Shown one piece after another: positions 30,808 to 41,076 of a stretch of 64,000 bases of DNA (position 1 is the stretch's first letter; every line of letters begins with the position of its first letter). Below the pieces are notes generated by a model. It was not told the DNA's origin. It was given only the letters and a program-made list of their open reading frames with translations, and made no database searches. This DNA comes from an uncultured Bacilli bacterium (GTDB lineage Bacteria > Bacillota_I > Bacilli_A > RF39 > UBA660). Location of the stretch: assembly GCA_963931185.1 (NCBI GenBank), contig OZ006981.1, positions 766,859-830,858 on the forward strand, written 5' to 3'. A program made the translations under genes and the position numbers.

Positions 30808-31791
30808 ATGAGAGATATAGGAATAGATTTAGGAACAGCAAATGTTCTAATATATGTTAAAGGAGAAGGCGTTGTAGTTAATGAGCCAACCGTAGTGGCA
30901 ATAGATGCTGAATCAAAACAAGTTTTAGCAGTAGGAAAAGAAGCAAACCAAATGTTAGGCAGAACTCCAGGCAAAGTAAAAGCAATAAAGCCATTAAAAG
31001 ATGGTGTTATTGCTGATTTTGAGTATACTGAAGCAATGCTTAATGACTTAATATTAAGAGTAAAAGGAAAAGGATTATTTTCGAAACCTAGAGTATTAAT
31101 ATGTTGCCCATCGAATATAACTTCTGTTGAAAAAAATGCCATAAAAGAAGCTGCTGAAAGAATTGGTGCTAAAAAAGTATTTATTGAAGAGGAACCAAAA
31201 GTAGCGGCAGTAGGAGCTGGAATGGATATTGAAAAACCTAGTGGAAACATGGTTATTGATATTGGTGGTGGAACAACTGACATAGCAATACTATCATTAG
31301 GAGGAATTGTAAATTCGGCATCTATTAAAATCGCAGGTAATTCATTTGATAATGCAATTGTAGAATATGTAAAAAATAAGTACAAGCTTTTAATAGGCGA
31401 AAGGACTGCCGAAGATATAAAATTAAACATTGGAAATGTATATAATGGTGAAAAAAATAAAAAAATTGAAATTAAAGGAAGAGACTTGTCTACAGGACTA
31501 CCATCAATGATTGAAATAAGTGAAAAGGAAGTTGAAGAATCATTAAAACCACTAGCTCATGAGATAATAAAAGTAGTTAAATCAGTATTAGAAAAAACTC
31601 CACCAGAATTATCAGCAGATATAATTGATAAAGGAATAGTTTTGACTGGTGGAGGTGCTCTTATAAAAGGATTTCCAGAATTGTTCGAAGAAGAATTAAA
31701 AGTTCCTATTTTTATAGCTGAAAGTCCATTAACATGTGTTGCTGAAGGTTGTGGAATAATGCTAGAAAACTTAAATTTAATAGATAGATAA
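30808..31791 (+). CDS. mreB: Rod shape-determining protein MreB/Mbl
   Basis: MRDIGIDLGTANVLIYV N-terminus and an actin-like ATPase fold; 327 aa. Confidence 0.9.
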   Translation: MRDIGIDLGTANVLIYVKGEGVVVNEPTVVAIDAESKQVLAVGKEANQMLGRTPGKVKAIKPLKDGVIADFEYTEAMLNDLILRVKGKGLFSKPRVLICCPSNITSVEKNAIKEAAERIGAKKVFIEEEPKVAAVGAGMDIEKPSGNMVIDIGGGTTDIAILSLGGIVNSASIKIAGNSFDNAIVEYVKNKYKLLIGERTAEDIKLNIGNVYNGEKNKKIEIKGRDLSTGLPSMIEISEKEVEESLKPLAHEIIKVVKSVLEKTPPELSADIIDKGIVLTGGGALIKGFPELFEEELKVPIFIAESPLTCVAEGCGIMLENLNLIDR

Positions 31792-31859
31792 TTAATAAAA
31801 GGTAATACCTTTTTTTTTTACTAAAATTTGCTATAATACTAATTAAGTGGTGATAATTT

Positions 31860-32939
31860 ATGTTTAATGATTATTTAGATGAAGTATTTTTAATGGTAAT
31901 AATAACATTTATTTTTACAGCTTTAATTATGCCATTTACTAATAAAATTGCTTATCATATAGGAGCTATAGACATTCCCAAAGACAAAAGGAGAGTTCAT
32001 ACTAAACCAACACCAAAATTAGGCGGATTAGGAATTTTTGCTGGTTTCTTATTCGGTTATATGCTTTTTGGAGTCCATAGTATTCAAATGAATTCTATAT
32101 TAATTGCAAGTTTTATTATAATAATAACAGGACTTATAGATGATATAAAAACTTTAAGAGCAAGAGAAGAACTAATAGGGCAATTACTTGCTACATTAGT
32201 TATAACTTTTTATGGAAAAATACTTCTTACAAATATAACAATATTAGGTGTTAATATTGAATTTGGTATTTTTTCATATATTATTACTATTTTCTTTATT
32301 TTAGGATGTACAAATGTAATAAGACTTATTGATGGACTAGATGGACTTAGTTCTGGAATTTCAGCAATCTTTTTTTTAACAATTGGAATTATTTCATTTT
32401 TTCAAGGAAGAGTGGAAACATTAGAAATAACGCTTACTTTTATAATGTTAGGTTCTTCATTAGGTTTCTTAGTTCATAATTTTAATCCAGCATATCTATT
32501 TGCTGGAGAATCAGGATCATCATTTTTAGGATTTATTATTGCAATAATATCATTACTTGGTTATAAAGGAACATTACTAACATCTTTATTAGTTCCAATA
32601 ATGATATTGGCAATTCCAATTTTAGATACACTATTTGCTATTATAAGAAGACTATTAAAAAGAAAACCAATTTTTGAAGCTGATAAAGAGCATTTGCATC
32701 ATCAATTTTTAATGATGAATTTTTCTCAAAAAGGAACGGTTTTAGTTATATATGTTATAAATATTTTATTTTCACTAGCATCGATATTTTATGCCTTACA
32801 AAATCCTACTCAAGGAATGATCATTTATTTTATATTGTTGATTTTAGTTATTTGGTTTGTTTTACATACAAGTATAATTTCTCAAAAAATGAGTGATAAA
32901 GTTAAGGAATTTGAAAGAAAAAAAATAAAAAAACAATAA
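31860..32939 (+). CDS. Glycosyltransferase family 4 (MraY/WecA/TagO-like) undecaprenyl-phosphate sugar-phosphotransferase
   Basis: Polytopic protein with DDxxD-like (GLIDDI) and (V)IRLIDGLDGL motifs. Confidence 0.7.
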   Translation: MFNDYLDEVFLMVIITFIFTALIMPFTNKIAYHIGAIDIPKDKRRVHTKPTPKLGGLGIFAGFLFGYMLFGVHSIQMNSILIASFIIIITGLIDDIKTLRAREELIGQLLATLVITFYGKILLTNITILGVNIEFGIFSYIITIFFILGCTNVIRLIDGLDGLSSGISAIFFLTIGIISFFQGRVETLEITLTFIMLGSSLGFLVHNFNPAYLFAGESGSSFLGFIIAIISLLGYKGTLLTSLLVPIMILAIPILDTLFAIIRRLLKRKPIFEADKEHLHHQFLMMNFSQKGTVLVIYVINILFSLASIFYALQNPTQGMIIYFILLILVIWFVLHTSIISQKMSDKVKEFERKKIKKQ

Positions 32940-33006
32940 TTATATATATTTAAAAAAATGGAAAAATATGGTAAAATTATTCATTATAAAATAGTAGGTG
33001 AAGGTA

Positions 33007-33738
33007 ATGATTAATTTTATAATTTGTGATGATAATAAAGAATTTTCAGAAAAAATTAGAAAAATAATTAAAAACTACATGATGAACTTTGACATAGTTG
33101 ATAAATTTTATATGTATGAAGACTATAGTGATAAGTTTAAGTCAGAAATAAAAGAAATCGAAGGGTTTAAATTATATATTTTGGATATTGAAACAAAGTG
33201 CAATTCTGGAATAGATGCTGCTAGATATATAAGAGAAGAATTAGATGATTGGAATTCACTAATTATTTTTTTAACGGCACACAATGAATTAAAGTTTGAA
33301 GCATTAAGCAATAGACTTTATTTGTTGGATTTTATAAATAAATTTGATAATTATGAAAACAAGCTCAAAGAAGATTTAGAAAGAGTAAAGAAAAATTATG
33401 ATAACAGAGAAAAGTGCTTAACCTTTGAGTCAAATAGAGTTATAAAAAGAATAGATTTTAAAAATATTGTTATAATTGAAAAAGAAAAAGATAGCAAAAA
33501 GTGTATAGTAAAAGCAACCTACGGAGATTACGTAATTCATAAAACTTTAAACGAAGTATTTAAACTTTTAGATAAAAGATTTATAAAGACAAGTAGAAGT
33601 AGCATTGTTAATGTAGACCAAATAAGTGAATATGATTATTCAGAAAATAAAATATTGTTTAAAAATGGAATTGTAACCTTTGATATTTCGAGAAATAACA
33701 AAAAGAAGGTGTGCAACAGTGTCAAGTCTTATAGGTAA
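33007..33738 (+). CDS. agrA: AgrA-like response regulator (receiver + LytTR DNA-binding domain)
   Basis: Receiver domain (ICDDN..., YILDIET with phospho-acceptor Asp) plus a C-terminal LytTR-like region. It is adjacent to an AgrC-like kinase. The start is probably ATG 33007 after an AGGTGAAGG RBS. Confidence 0.75.
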   Translation: MINFIICDDNKEFSEKIRKIIKNYMMNFDIVDKFYMYEDYSDKFKSEIKEIEGFKLYILDIETKCNSGIDAARYIREELDDWNSLIIFLTAHNELKFEALSNRLYLLDFINKFDNYENKLKEDLERVKKNYDNREKCLTFESNRVIKRIDFKNIVIIEKEKDSKKCIVKATYGDYVIHKTLNEVFKLLDKRFIKTSRSSIVNVDQISEYDYSENKILFKNGIVTFDISRNNKKKVCNSVKSYR

Positions 33739-35020
33739 TGTAATTGGTTCAATAATTCAAAGTTTAACAGTAGTGCTTTGTGCTAAATCAATTTTATTAT
33801 ACAATAACAGAAAAAAAATGTTGACAATAAATGATTTGCTTTTCCTTATTTTTCTGTTTGTGCCTATTTCTTTAATTTATAGTAGTAATTATAATGTAAT
33901 AAGTCCTATTTTGTTTTTTACAGTAATTATATTTTGCTTGTTTTTTATATATAAAATTTCATTTTTAACATCGTTTTTATTTTCAGGAATCTTTATGATA
34001 ATTTTGGTTTTATCAGATTTAATAGTATCTATAATCTTTGTTGGATTCTTAAGTATTCAAACAATAAGAACAGAAAATTTTTACATAATATTAACAAATT
34101 TATTAGTTGGATTAATAGAGGTCGGGATTTTTTATATAAATGGATTTAAAAACAAAATAGTAGATATAATTTTAGAAACTGCAAAACATAAAAGTTTAGA
34201 ATTAATAACATTTATAATTTTACTAATTTTTGCTTTGAGCATTGGCATTTATATTTTGTTTGAAAATTATTATTTGAATAGAACTTTTATAATTGGAATA
34301 TTAGGAATTGTTATATTTTTAATTTTGTCCATTATATTTTTAAAAGAAAAATATGACAAAAATCTTTTAACAATTAAATATGATCAATTGTTTGAATATG
34401 TGCAGACTTTTGAGGAATGGATGGATAATGAAAATGTAAATATTCATGAATCAAAGAATCAATTAGCTGCATTACGTGCTATAATCAAAAATAATAAAGA
34501 AGCTATTCAATATATTGACAATATAATAAAAGATGAAATTGATTTAGAAAGTAAAAATATTCAAAAATTAAGAAACATTCCCAAAGGAGGATTAAAAGGA
34601 CTTTTATATTATAAAATAATATTTTCCGAGAAAAATAACATAGTTTTGTATATAGATATATCAAATAAAGTCGGAGATAAATTAGCCAAGTTAAATATTG
34701 AAGAAAATAAAATGCTTTGCAGATTGGTTGGGATTTTTTTTGATAACGCTATAGAGGCTGCTAAAGAGTCGGAAAAGAGAATGATTTCATGTGAAATTTA
34801 CAGGAATGATAAAGATATTATAATAACCATATCAAATACTTATGCAGGAAAATTAGAGTTAAACAAAGTAAGTGAAAAAGGATATTCAACCAAAGGGAAA
34901 AATAGAGGTAATGGTCTTTATTTAGCAAATAAAATAGCAAAAAAATCTGATATATTTTTTTTGGAAAACAGGATAATTAATGATTTTTATATTCAAAAAA
35001 TAATAATAAAAAAGATATAA
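33719..35020 (+). CDS. agrC: AgrC-like sensor histidine kinase (polytopic sensor + HATPase_c_5)
   Basis: Six to seven N-terminal TM helices and a C-terminal GHKL ATP-lid (NTYAGK...GKNRGNGLYLANKIA). The track ORF starts at TTG 33680. The likelier start is GTG 33719, preceded by a GAAGG RBS. Confidence 0.7.
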   Translation: MSSLIGNVIGSIIQSLTVVLCAKSILLYNNRKKMLTINDLLFLIFLFVPISLIYSSNYNVISPILFFTVIIFCLFFIYKISFLTSFLFSGIFMIILVLSDLIVSIIFVGFLSIQTIRTENFYIILTNLLVGLIEVGIFYINGFKNKIVDIILETAKHKSLELITFIILLIFALSIGIYILFENYYLNRTFIIGILGIVIFLILSIIFLKEKYDKNLLTIKYDQLFEYVQTFEEWMDNENVNIHESKNQLAALRAIIKNNKEAIQYIDNIIKDEIDLESKNIQKLRNIPKGGLKGLLYYKIIFSEKNNIVLYIDISNKVGDKLAKLNIEENKMLCRLVGIFFDNAIEAAKESEKRMISCEIYRNDKDIIITISNTYAGKLELNKVSEKGYSTKGKNRGNGLYLANKIAKKSDIFFLENRIINDFYIQKIIIKKI

Positions 35021-35467
35021 ATTTATATCTTTTTTATTTATAAGAAAATTATGTTTTTTTTGCACAAATTAAAAAATAATAGTTATTAATTTATTACACA
35101 AAGAATAAATTTTCATATTTTGAGAGACTTTAATTGGAAATGACCTATTACTTTAAATAAAAGTAAATAAATATTAGAATTGAAAGATAGATCATATCAA
35201 AAGTATGAAGAATATAAATAAAACTTAAATGAATTATAATTTATATTTCATATTTTTATTAATGTTTAATAGTAATAGAGTTAATATTAAATAAATATTG
35301 TAATTTTATCCTTTTTTAAAAGAGTGTCTAAGTTTTGCCAATAGTAAAAACATTATGTTTATACGTGCATCTAAAAATTTATTTCATGTTTTTAAACATT
35401 TGTTTAATATTAAAGTTAATTTTTCTATTGTTAACTTTGTCTTTAATTTTAATAAAATCTGTATTAT

Positions 35468-35552
35468 TTTTAATACATATAATAATAAATATATTATAAA
35501 TTAAAATAAACCAGCCTCAAAGAGGTTGGCAAATAAAATTGATTTTGTTATT
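35468..35552. repeat. Hairpin repeat element, copy 2 (ACCAGCCTCAAAGAGGTTGGC stem-loop). It acts as a bidirectional terminator between the convergent agrC and agrD.
   Basis: About 80% identical over roughly 70 bp to 478..549. A/T runs flank the hairpin on both sides. Confidence 0.55.
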
Positions 35553-35555
35553 TTT

Positions 35556-35678
35556 CTAGTCTATTAAATTTTTTGGCGCTCTTGGTTCATCTACTAAAAG
35601 TACAATGCATCCCATACTTGCAGCACCACTTGCTAATACAGCAATTGCAGTTAATAAGCTTGCTACTTTTTTCTTCAT
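35556..35678 (-). CDS. agrD: AgrD-like autoinducing-peptide precursor (40 aa). It is absent from the supplied ORF track.
   Basis: Manual minus-strand translation: MKKKVASLLTAIAVLASGAASMGCIVLLVDEPRAPKNLID. It has an amphipathic N-leader, a single Cys in a hydrophobic core, and a charged DEP..PK.L tail resembling the S. aureus DEVEVPKEL recognition motif. A GGAGG RBS sits 8 nt upstream, and the gene is immediately 3' of agrB. Confidence 0.7.
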   Translation of the reverse strand: MKKKVASLLTAIAVLASGAASMGCIVLLVDEPRAPKNLID

Positions 35679-35726
35679 ACTATACCTCCTATAATAATAA
35701 TATATATTAAATATCAAAATTGATAT

Positions 35727-36338
35727 TTAATCAGAATTAATGTAATTTTTATAATTATTATATGGCTGCCTAGTTGCCATATATATAAAAGGATTTACCA
35801 TGATTGATTGAATAACAATTGATAATAATAAAATTGATGAAATTTTATAATCTACATAAGGAATAATAATCGAATAGATAATGGTAACAAGAATAATTAA
35901 ACATTTTCTAATCATTTTTTTCTTTTTATTAATCATAGGTCTTTTTTTTGTATCGCTAGGTGCAAATAATAAAAAATTAAATATACATAAACTTATTAAT
36001 AACCATTTATAATTAAATATTAATAGTTGTTTAGAAATTAAAAACGGTAAAATGAAAAATAAAGTTATGGAAATAACTAAACATTCGGTACTATTTCTAG
36101 CATGATACCCAAATCCAAAAAAACGTAAAAAATTATAAAATAACAATAATAATAAAATTTCATATAATATATTAAAAATAAAACCTAATAGCAAAATGAC
36201 AAATAATTTAGTAACTGTTAAATAAATGCCTTCAATACCATACTTGATTTTATCTAATTCATCTTTAGAAAAAGCAGGGTTGTTTTTTTTAACCACATTC
36301 ATATAGTTATTTAAAAATAAATCTTTCATATACTTCAC
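35727..36338 (-). CDS. agrB: AgrB-like membrane peptidase that processes AgrD
   Basis: About 200 aa with 5-6 TM segments. The conserved His...Cys catalytic pair is present (YHARNSTEC, H to C spacing +7 as in S. aureus HAPSSFWC). Confidence 0.7.
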   Translation of the reverse strand: MKYMKDLFLNNYMNVVKKNNPAFSKDELDKIKYGIEGIYLTVTKLFVILLLGFIFNILYEILLLLLFYNFLRFFGFGYHARNSTECLVISITLFFILPFLISKQLLIFNYKWLLISLCIFNFLLFAPSDTKKRPMINKKKKMIRKCLIILVTIIYSIIIPYVDYKISSILLLSIVIQSIMVNPFIYMATRQPYNNYKNYINSD

Positions 36339-36604
36339 TTCCTAATTTATACATTTAAAAGTATAAAATAAAAAACACAGTGTTAAACAAATTAAACTTC
36401 AAATGTAATAATTAATGCATTTAATACAAAAAAATAATTTAAATATATTTAAAAATTCCAAAAAAGGAAATAAAGTGCCATTTAAAGGAATAAATTATCA
36501 TAATAGAAAATTTGATGTTACTATTAAGATGCGCAAAATTGTAGTAGCCATGGTAGGAAGTGTAATATGTGAAAATAACAAAAGAATGTGAGGTGCCAGT
36601 AGAT

Positions 36605-36823
36605 ATGAGAGGGCGTGTAAAGTGGTTCAATAACGAAAAAGGATATGGATTTATCGATTATAAAGATAATGAAGATATTTTTGTACATTATTCAGCAATA
36701 AATCAAGATGGATATAAAACATTATCTGAAGGACAATATGTTGAATTTAAGTTATTAGAAACAGCAAAAGGTTATCAAGCTTTAGATGTTGTTGTAGTTA
36801 AAGAAGCAACTACCATTAAATAA
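36605..36823 (+). CDS. cspA: Cold-shock protein (CspA family)
   Basis: [12 protein letters not shown] and VHYSAI RNA-binding motifs. The true start is MRGRVKWFN at 36605, because the track ORF is 5'-extended. A long 5' UTR is typical. Confidence 0.85.
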   Translation: MRGRVKWFNNEKGYGFIDYKDNEDIFVHYSAINQDGYKTLSEGQYVEFKLLETAKGYQALDVVVVKEATTIK

Positions 36824-36874
36824 GGTAGTTTTTTTTTGCTTTTTGTGTTAATATATATATAGGAGGATGATTTT

Positions 36875-37411
36875 ATGGAAATTATTGTTCGTGGTAAAAA
36901 CATAAAAGTTACAGATGCAATTGAAAACTATATAAAGGAAAAATTAAAAAGAATTGAAAAATATATAGGAAATTCTGAAACAGTTAAAGCTACATCTGTT
37001 ATAAATGTGAAAGGACATAATCAAAAAGTTGAGATAACAATACCACTTAAATCATTTATTATAAGAGCAGAAGAAACACAAGATGATTTATATGCAGCAA
37101 TTGATATAGCAATTGATAAACTAGAAAGACAAATTAGAAAAAATAAAGCAAAGTTGCAATCTAAAAAAGTAAAGGATTTAGTTTCAAAAGAAATAATAAT
37201 AGATGAAATTGAAGATGTAGAAAATAACATCGAAGAAAAAATAGTAAAAAGAAAAACAATAGAAGTAAAACCTATGAGTGAAGAAGAAGCAATACTACAA
37301 ATGGAACTTTTAGGACATCAATTTTATATATTTAAAGATTCTGAAACTTTAAAGCCAACAGTAGTATATAAAAGAAAAGAAGGAAACTACGGAGTAATTG
37401 AAACAGAATGA
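36875..37411 (+). CDS. hpf: Ribosome hibernation promoting factor (long form)
   Basis: MEIIVRGKNIKVTDAIENYIKEKLKRIEKY N-terminus plus a C-terminal dimerisation extension. Confidence 0.85.
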   Translation: MEIIVRGKNIKVTDAIENYIKEKLKRIEKYIGNSETVKATSVINVKGHNQKVEITIPLKSFIIRAEETQDDLYAAIDIAIDKLERQIRKNKAKLQSKKVKDLVSKEIIIDEIEDVENNIEEKIVKRKTIEVKPMSEEEAILQMELLGHQFYIFKDSETLKPTVVYKRKEGNYGVIETE

Positions 37412-37436
37412 AAAAGCCAAAAAAGGCTTTTTTATT
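37412..37436 (+). terminator. Rho-independent terminator after hpf
   Basis: AAAGCC-aaaaaa-GGCTTT hairpin plus a T-run. Confidence 0.7.
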
Positions 37437-37501
37437 TAGTTTATAAAAAAACTTTAAAAAAAAGTTAACATTTGATACAATAACATTATGGAGATGATAC
37501 A

Positions 37502-39994
37502 ATGAATATTTTTAAAAGATTATTCGATCATGAATACAAAGAATTAAAGAGATTTTCAATTTTGGCAGATAAAGTAGAAGCATTAGACGAGGAATATCAA
37601 AAACTATCTGATTATGAATTACAAGCTAAAACTGATGAATTTAAAAATAGATTAAAAGATGGAGAAACTCTAGAAGATATTTTACCTGAAGCATTTGCTA
37701 CTGTTAGAGAAGCCGCATATAGAGTAATTGGTTTAAAACCATTTTATGTACAAATTTTAGGAGCAATAGCATTACATTTCGGGAATATAGCAGAAATGAA
37801 AACTGGTGAAGGTAAAACTTTAGTTGCTACAATGCCAGCATATTTAAATGCACTAACTGGTAATGGAGTACATATAATAACTGTTAATGAATATTTGGCA
37901 GAACGTGATAGCAATTGGATGGGAAGTATTCATCGCTTTTTAGGGTTAACTGTAGGCACAAATTTAAGAAGTCTTACACCAAAAGAAAAAAAAGAACAAT
38001 ATGCGTGTGATATTTTATATTCAACAAATAATGAGCTAGGTTTTGATTATTTAAGAGATAACATGGTAGTAAAAAAAGAAAACAGAGTACAACGAGGTCT
38101 TAATTTTGTAATAATAGATGAAGCAGACTCTGTTTTGATAGATGAAGCTAGAACTCCCCTTATAATATCTGGTGGTGAATTAAAAAGTGCTTCATTATAT
38201 ACGGATGCTGATTTATTTGTTAAATCATTGAAAAAAGAAAAAGATTATTTATATGATGAGAAAACTAAAGGCGTTACATTAACTGAAGAAGGAGTAAAAA
38301 AAGCTGAAAAAAACTTTAAAGTAGATAATCTTTATGATATTGAACAAACGGCTACTGTTCATTATATAAATCAAGCTCTAAAAGCAAACTATGGAATGAG
38401 ACGTGATGTTGATTATGTAGTACAAGACGGAGAAATAATAATTGTCGATCAGTTTACTGGGCGCCTTATGAAAGGACGTGCATTTAGTGATGGACTACAT
38501 CAAGCAATAGAAGCTAAAGAGGGAGTAAAAATACAGCAAGAAACAAAGACTTTAGCAACAATTACATTTCAAAATTTATTTAGAATGTACAAAAAAATAT
38601 CTGGTATGACAGGAACTGCGAAGACAGAAGAAGAAGAATTTAGAAATATATATAATATGTATGTAATATGTATTCCTACTAATAAAGAAATCATAAGAGT
38701 AGACGCATCTGATTTAATATACTCAACTCAGGCTGGTAAATATAAAGCATTGATTGAAGAAATAGAAGAAAGACATAAAAAAGGACAACCAGTTTTAGTA
38801 GGAACAATAGCAATAGAGACAAACGAATTAATAAGTTCTCTACTTAAAAAAAGAAAAATACCACATGAGGTATTAAATGCTAAAAACCATGCTCGTGAAG
38901 CTGAAATTATTGCAAAAGCTGGTGAAAAAGGAGCGGTTACTATAGCTACTAATATGGCAGGACGTGGAACTGATATCAAGTTAAGCGAAGAAACAAAAGT
39001 TTTAGGAGGACTTTGCGTTTTAGGAACTGAAAGACATGAATCACGACGTATTGATAATCAATTGCGTGGAAGATCTGGTAGACAAGGAGATCCTGGATTT
39101 ACTCAATTTTATGTTTCTATGGAAGATGAATTAATGGTACGCTTTGGAAGCGATAGAATAAAAAGAATGATGCAAACACTTGGATTACGTGAAGATCAAC
39201 CAATACAAAGTAAAACCTTTTCTAAAGCAATATCAACAGCACAAACACGTGTCGAAGGTAATAACTTTGATATAAGAAAACAATTATTACAATATGATGA
39301 TGTAATGAATAATCAAAGAGAAATAATGTATCAAAAAAGAAATGAGATTTTAGACAATGATTCAATTCATGATTCAATATTAGAATCAATAAAAAATAAT
39401 ATTACAGATTTAGTTAAGTCTCACATTTATCCAGAAGGATACTTGACTAAGGAAGATATAAAAGATATTGTTAAAAATGTTAATGAAAATTTATTACAAA
39501 ATGATATTAATGCTAACGATTTATTAGATAAAAAGGAAGAAGAAATAATAGAATGTATATATGAAAAGATAGTTAATGAATATGAAAAGAAAATTGCAAT
39601 AGTACCAAAAGAAATAAGTGATGAATTTGAAAAAGTTATAATGTTAAACGTAATTGATAAGTATTGGACTGAACATATAAACACAATGTCACATTTACGC
39701 GAAGGAATTCACTTGAGAAGTTATGGACAAACAGATCCTTTGAGAGCTTATACAGTAGAAGGTTTTGAATTGTTTGATACAATGATGCAAAAAATTGATA
39801 AAGAAGTTACAATGTTTTTAATACGTTCAGAAATAAAACAAAATATTGAAAGAAAAGAAACTAATAAAAATAAAATTGCAAATGATGGAAAAGAGCATGC
39901 AAAACAAGAACCAAAAAAATCACAAAAAATTGGAAGAAATGATCCTTGTCCATGTGGCTCAGGGAAGAAATATAAACAATGTTGTGGTAAATAG
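37502..39994 (+). CDS. secA: Preprotein translocase ATPase SecA
   Basis: 830 aa with a Walker A motif (MKTGEGKT), DEAD-like motor, and a C-terminal zinc finger ([15 protein letters not shown]). Confidence 0.95.
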   Translation: MNIFKRLFDHEYKELKRFSILADKVEALDEEYQKLSDYELQAKTDEFKNRLKDGETLEDILPEAFATVREAAYRVIGLKPFYVQILGAIALHFGNIAEMKTGEGKTLVATMPAYLNALTGNGVHIITVNEYLAERDSNWMGSIHRFLGLTVGTNLRSLTPKEKKEQYACDILYSTNNELGFDYLRDNMVVKKENRVQRGLNFVIIDEADSVLIDEARTPLIISGGELKSASLYTDADLFVKSLKKEKDYLYDEKTKGVTLTEEGVKKAEKNFKVDNLYDIEQTATVHYINQALKANYGMRRDVDYVVQDGEIIIVDQFTGRLMKGRAFSDGLHQAIEAKEGVKIQQETKTLATITFQNLFRMYKKISGMTGTAKTEEEEFRNIYNMYVICIPTNKEIIRVDASDLIYSTQAGKYKALIEEIEERHKKGQPVLVGTIAIETNELISSLLKKRKIPHEVLNAKNHAREAEIIAKAGEKGAVTIATNMAGRGTDIKLSEETKVLGGLCVLGTERHESRRIDNQLRGRSGRQGDPGFTQFYVSMEDELMVRFGSDRIKRMMQTLGLREDQPIQSKTFSKAISTAQTRVEGNNFDIRKQLLQYDDVMNNQREIMYQKRNEILDNDSIHDSILESIKNNITDLVKSHIYPEGYLTKEDIKDIVKNVNENLLQNDINANDLLDKKEEEIIECIYEKIVNEYEKKIAIVPKEISDEFEKVIMLNVIDKYWTEHINTMSHLREGIHLRSYGQTDPLRAYTVEGFELFDTMMQKIDKEVTMFLIRSEIKQNIERKETNKNKIANDGKEHAKQEPKKSQKIGRNDPCPCGSGKKYKQCCGK

Positions 39995-40133
39995 CGGTGA
40001 GTATTGGGTTTAAGAGGATTTTGTCCACGTAAAAAACTCCAAAAAAAGGCTATTTGTCCACATTTTGTTTCCAAAATTGAGAAAAATGAAACCAAAATAG
40101 TGTAAAAATCTTTTGAAAACAAAAAAGTTAGCA
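39953..40133 (+). repeat. Direct repeat, copy A: the last 43 bp of secA plus a downstream 70-bp terminator-containing segment
   Basis: Identical 43-mer TGTGGCTCAGGGAAGAAATATAAACAATGTTGTGGTAAATAGC at 39953-39995 and 41455-41497. A 70-bp segment at 40064-40133 is about 93% identical to 41555-41623. Confidence 0.8.
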
Positions 40134-40319
40134 TTCATTTGCTAGCTTTTTGTTAAATATAACTACGTTAACATAAAGTAAGACATTGTGTAACGATGAA
40201 AGTAAATACAGTAAAAATGTAAGAATGAGTATATTGCAAACTATGATAATATTAACCATTATACAAAAAAAGCTATTGATGAAAATGGACATGATATTAT
40301 TAGGCCTATTTTATGGGAT

Positions 40320-40826
40320 ATGATTTTAGAAAAGGCAGTATCTGTTTTACATTCTAAAAATAATATAATTCAATTTTCTCGTGGTAAAGATGAATTATAT
40401 GAACATGAGTTTGGTAAGAATGTTTATAAAAGAAGTATTGATTCTATACTTGATTATTTACCACTTAAAGACAAAACTGTTATAGTTAATTTGATATCAC
40501 CATTAACTGTTAGAAAAGAGAGAAATGCTAAAAGATATGAAAATGGCGGACATTTTGTTTCTGAAGATACAATGGATAATGTTTATGACAAAGATTATTT
40601 TGCTTACATTGAAACAGCTGGCAGTATAGGGTATATAGAAGTAAAAAAGCAAAAGTATCCTGTGATTACAATTTGTAATGACAAAACCCTTAGCCCAGTT
40701 GAACTTAATTCATTTTTGTATTATAATTTAGAAAGAGTAGTAAATTACTATAATGAATTTAATAGGGAGGTAGAATATGAATTTAAAACAAATTCAAAAA
40801 GAAGTTTGGCAAAACAAATTAAATAA
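40320..40826 (+). pseudogene. Zeta-toxin/AAA_33-like kinase fragment lacking the N-terminal Walker A region
   Basis: C-terminal region with RYENGGHFV, similar to the zeta/PezT GGHxV motif. No upstream frame supplies a P-loop. Confidence 0.3.
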
Positions 40827-41076
40827 AGGATTTAATACTACAAATGTAGAAAAAGAGTTTTGCTTTTTATATGGGGAAGTAGCAGAAGCCTTTGATGCTT
40901 ACAGAAAGAAAAAAGATGATCTAAATGAAGAATTAGCTGACATTGCAATTTATTTGCTTGGTTTATCTGAAATGTTAGGCTTTGATTTAGAAGATGAAAT
41001 CATGAAAAAAGTTTCTAAAAACGAGAAACGTGTATATAAAAATGTTGATGGTACAAATATTAGAGTAAGTGATTGA
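40777..41076 (+). CDS. MazG-like nucleotide pyrophosphohydrolase domain protein
   Basis: EVAE...EELADIAIYLLGL...E(D)E four-helix EExxE pattern; a GGGAGG RBS precedes it. Confidence 0.6.
   Translation: MNLKQIQKEVWQNKLNKGFNTTNVEKEFCFLYGEVAEAFDAYRKKKDDLNEELADIAIYLLGLSEMLGFDLEDEIMKKVSKNEKRVYKNVDGTNIRVSD

Noticed and set aside
36339-36604. AgrA-type direct repeats (P2/P3-like) in the agrB and cspA upstream region
   Set aside because: Only loosely spaced TTAAA-containing half-sites were found. No convincing 9-bp repeat pair with a 12-bp spacer is present. This 265-bp region is more simply the long cspA 5' UTR.
39748-40134. 128-aa minus-strand ORF spanning the secA 3' end and the repeat
   Set aside because: It is antisense to the secA zinc-finger region and the terminator repeat. 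It has no RBS and is an artefact of repeat sequence.
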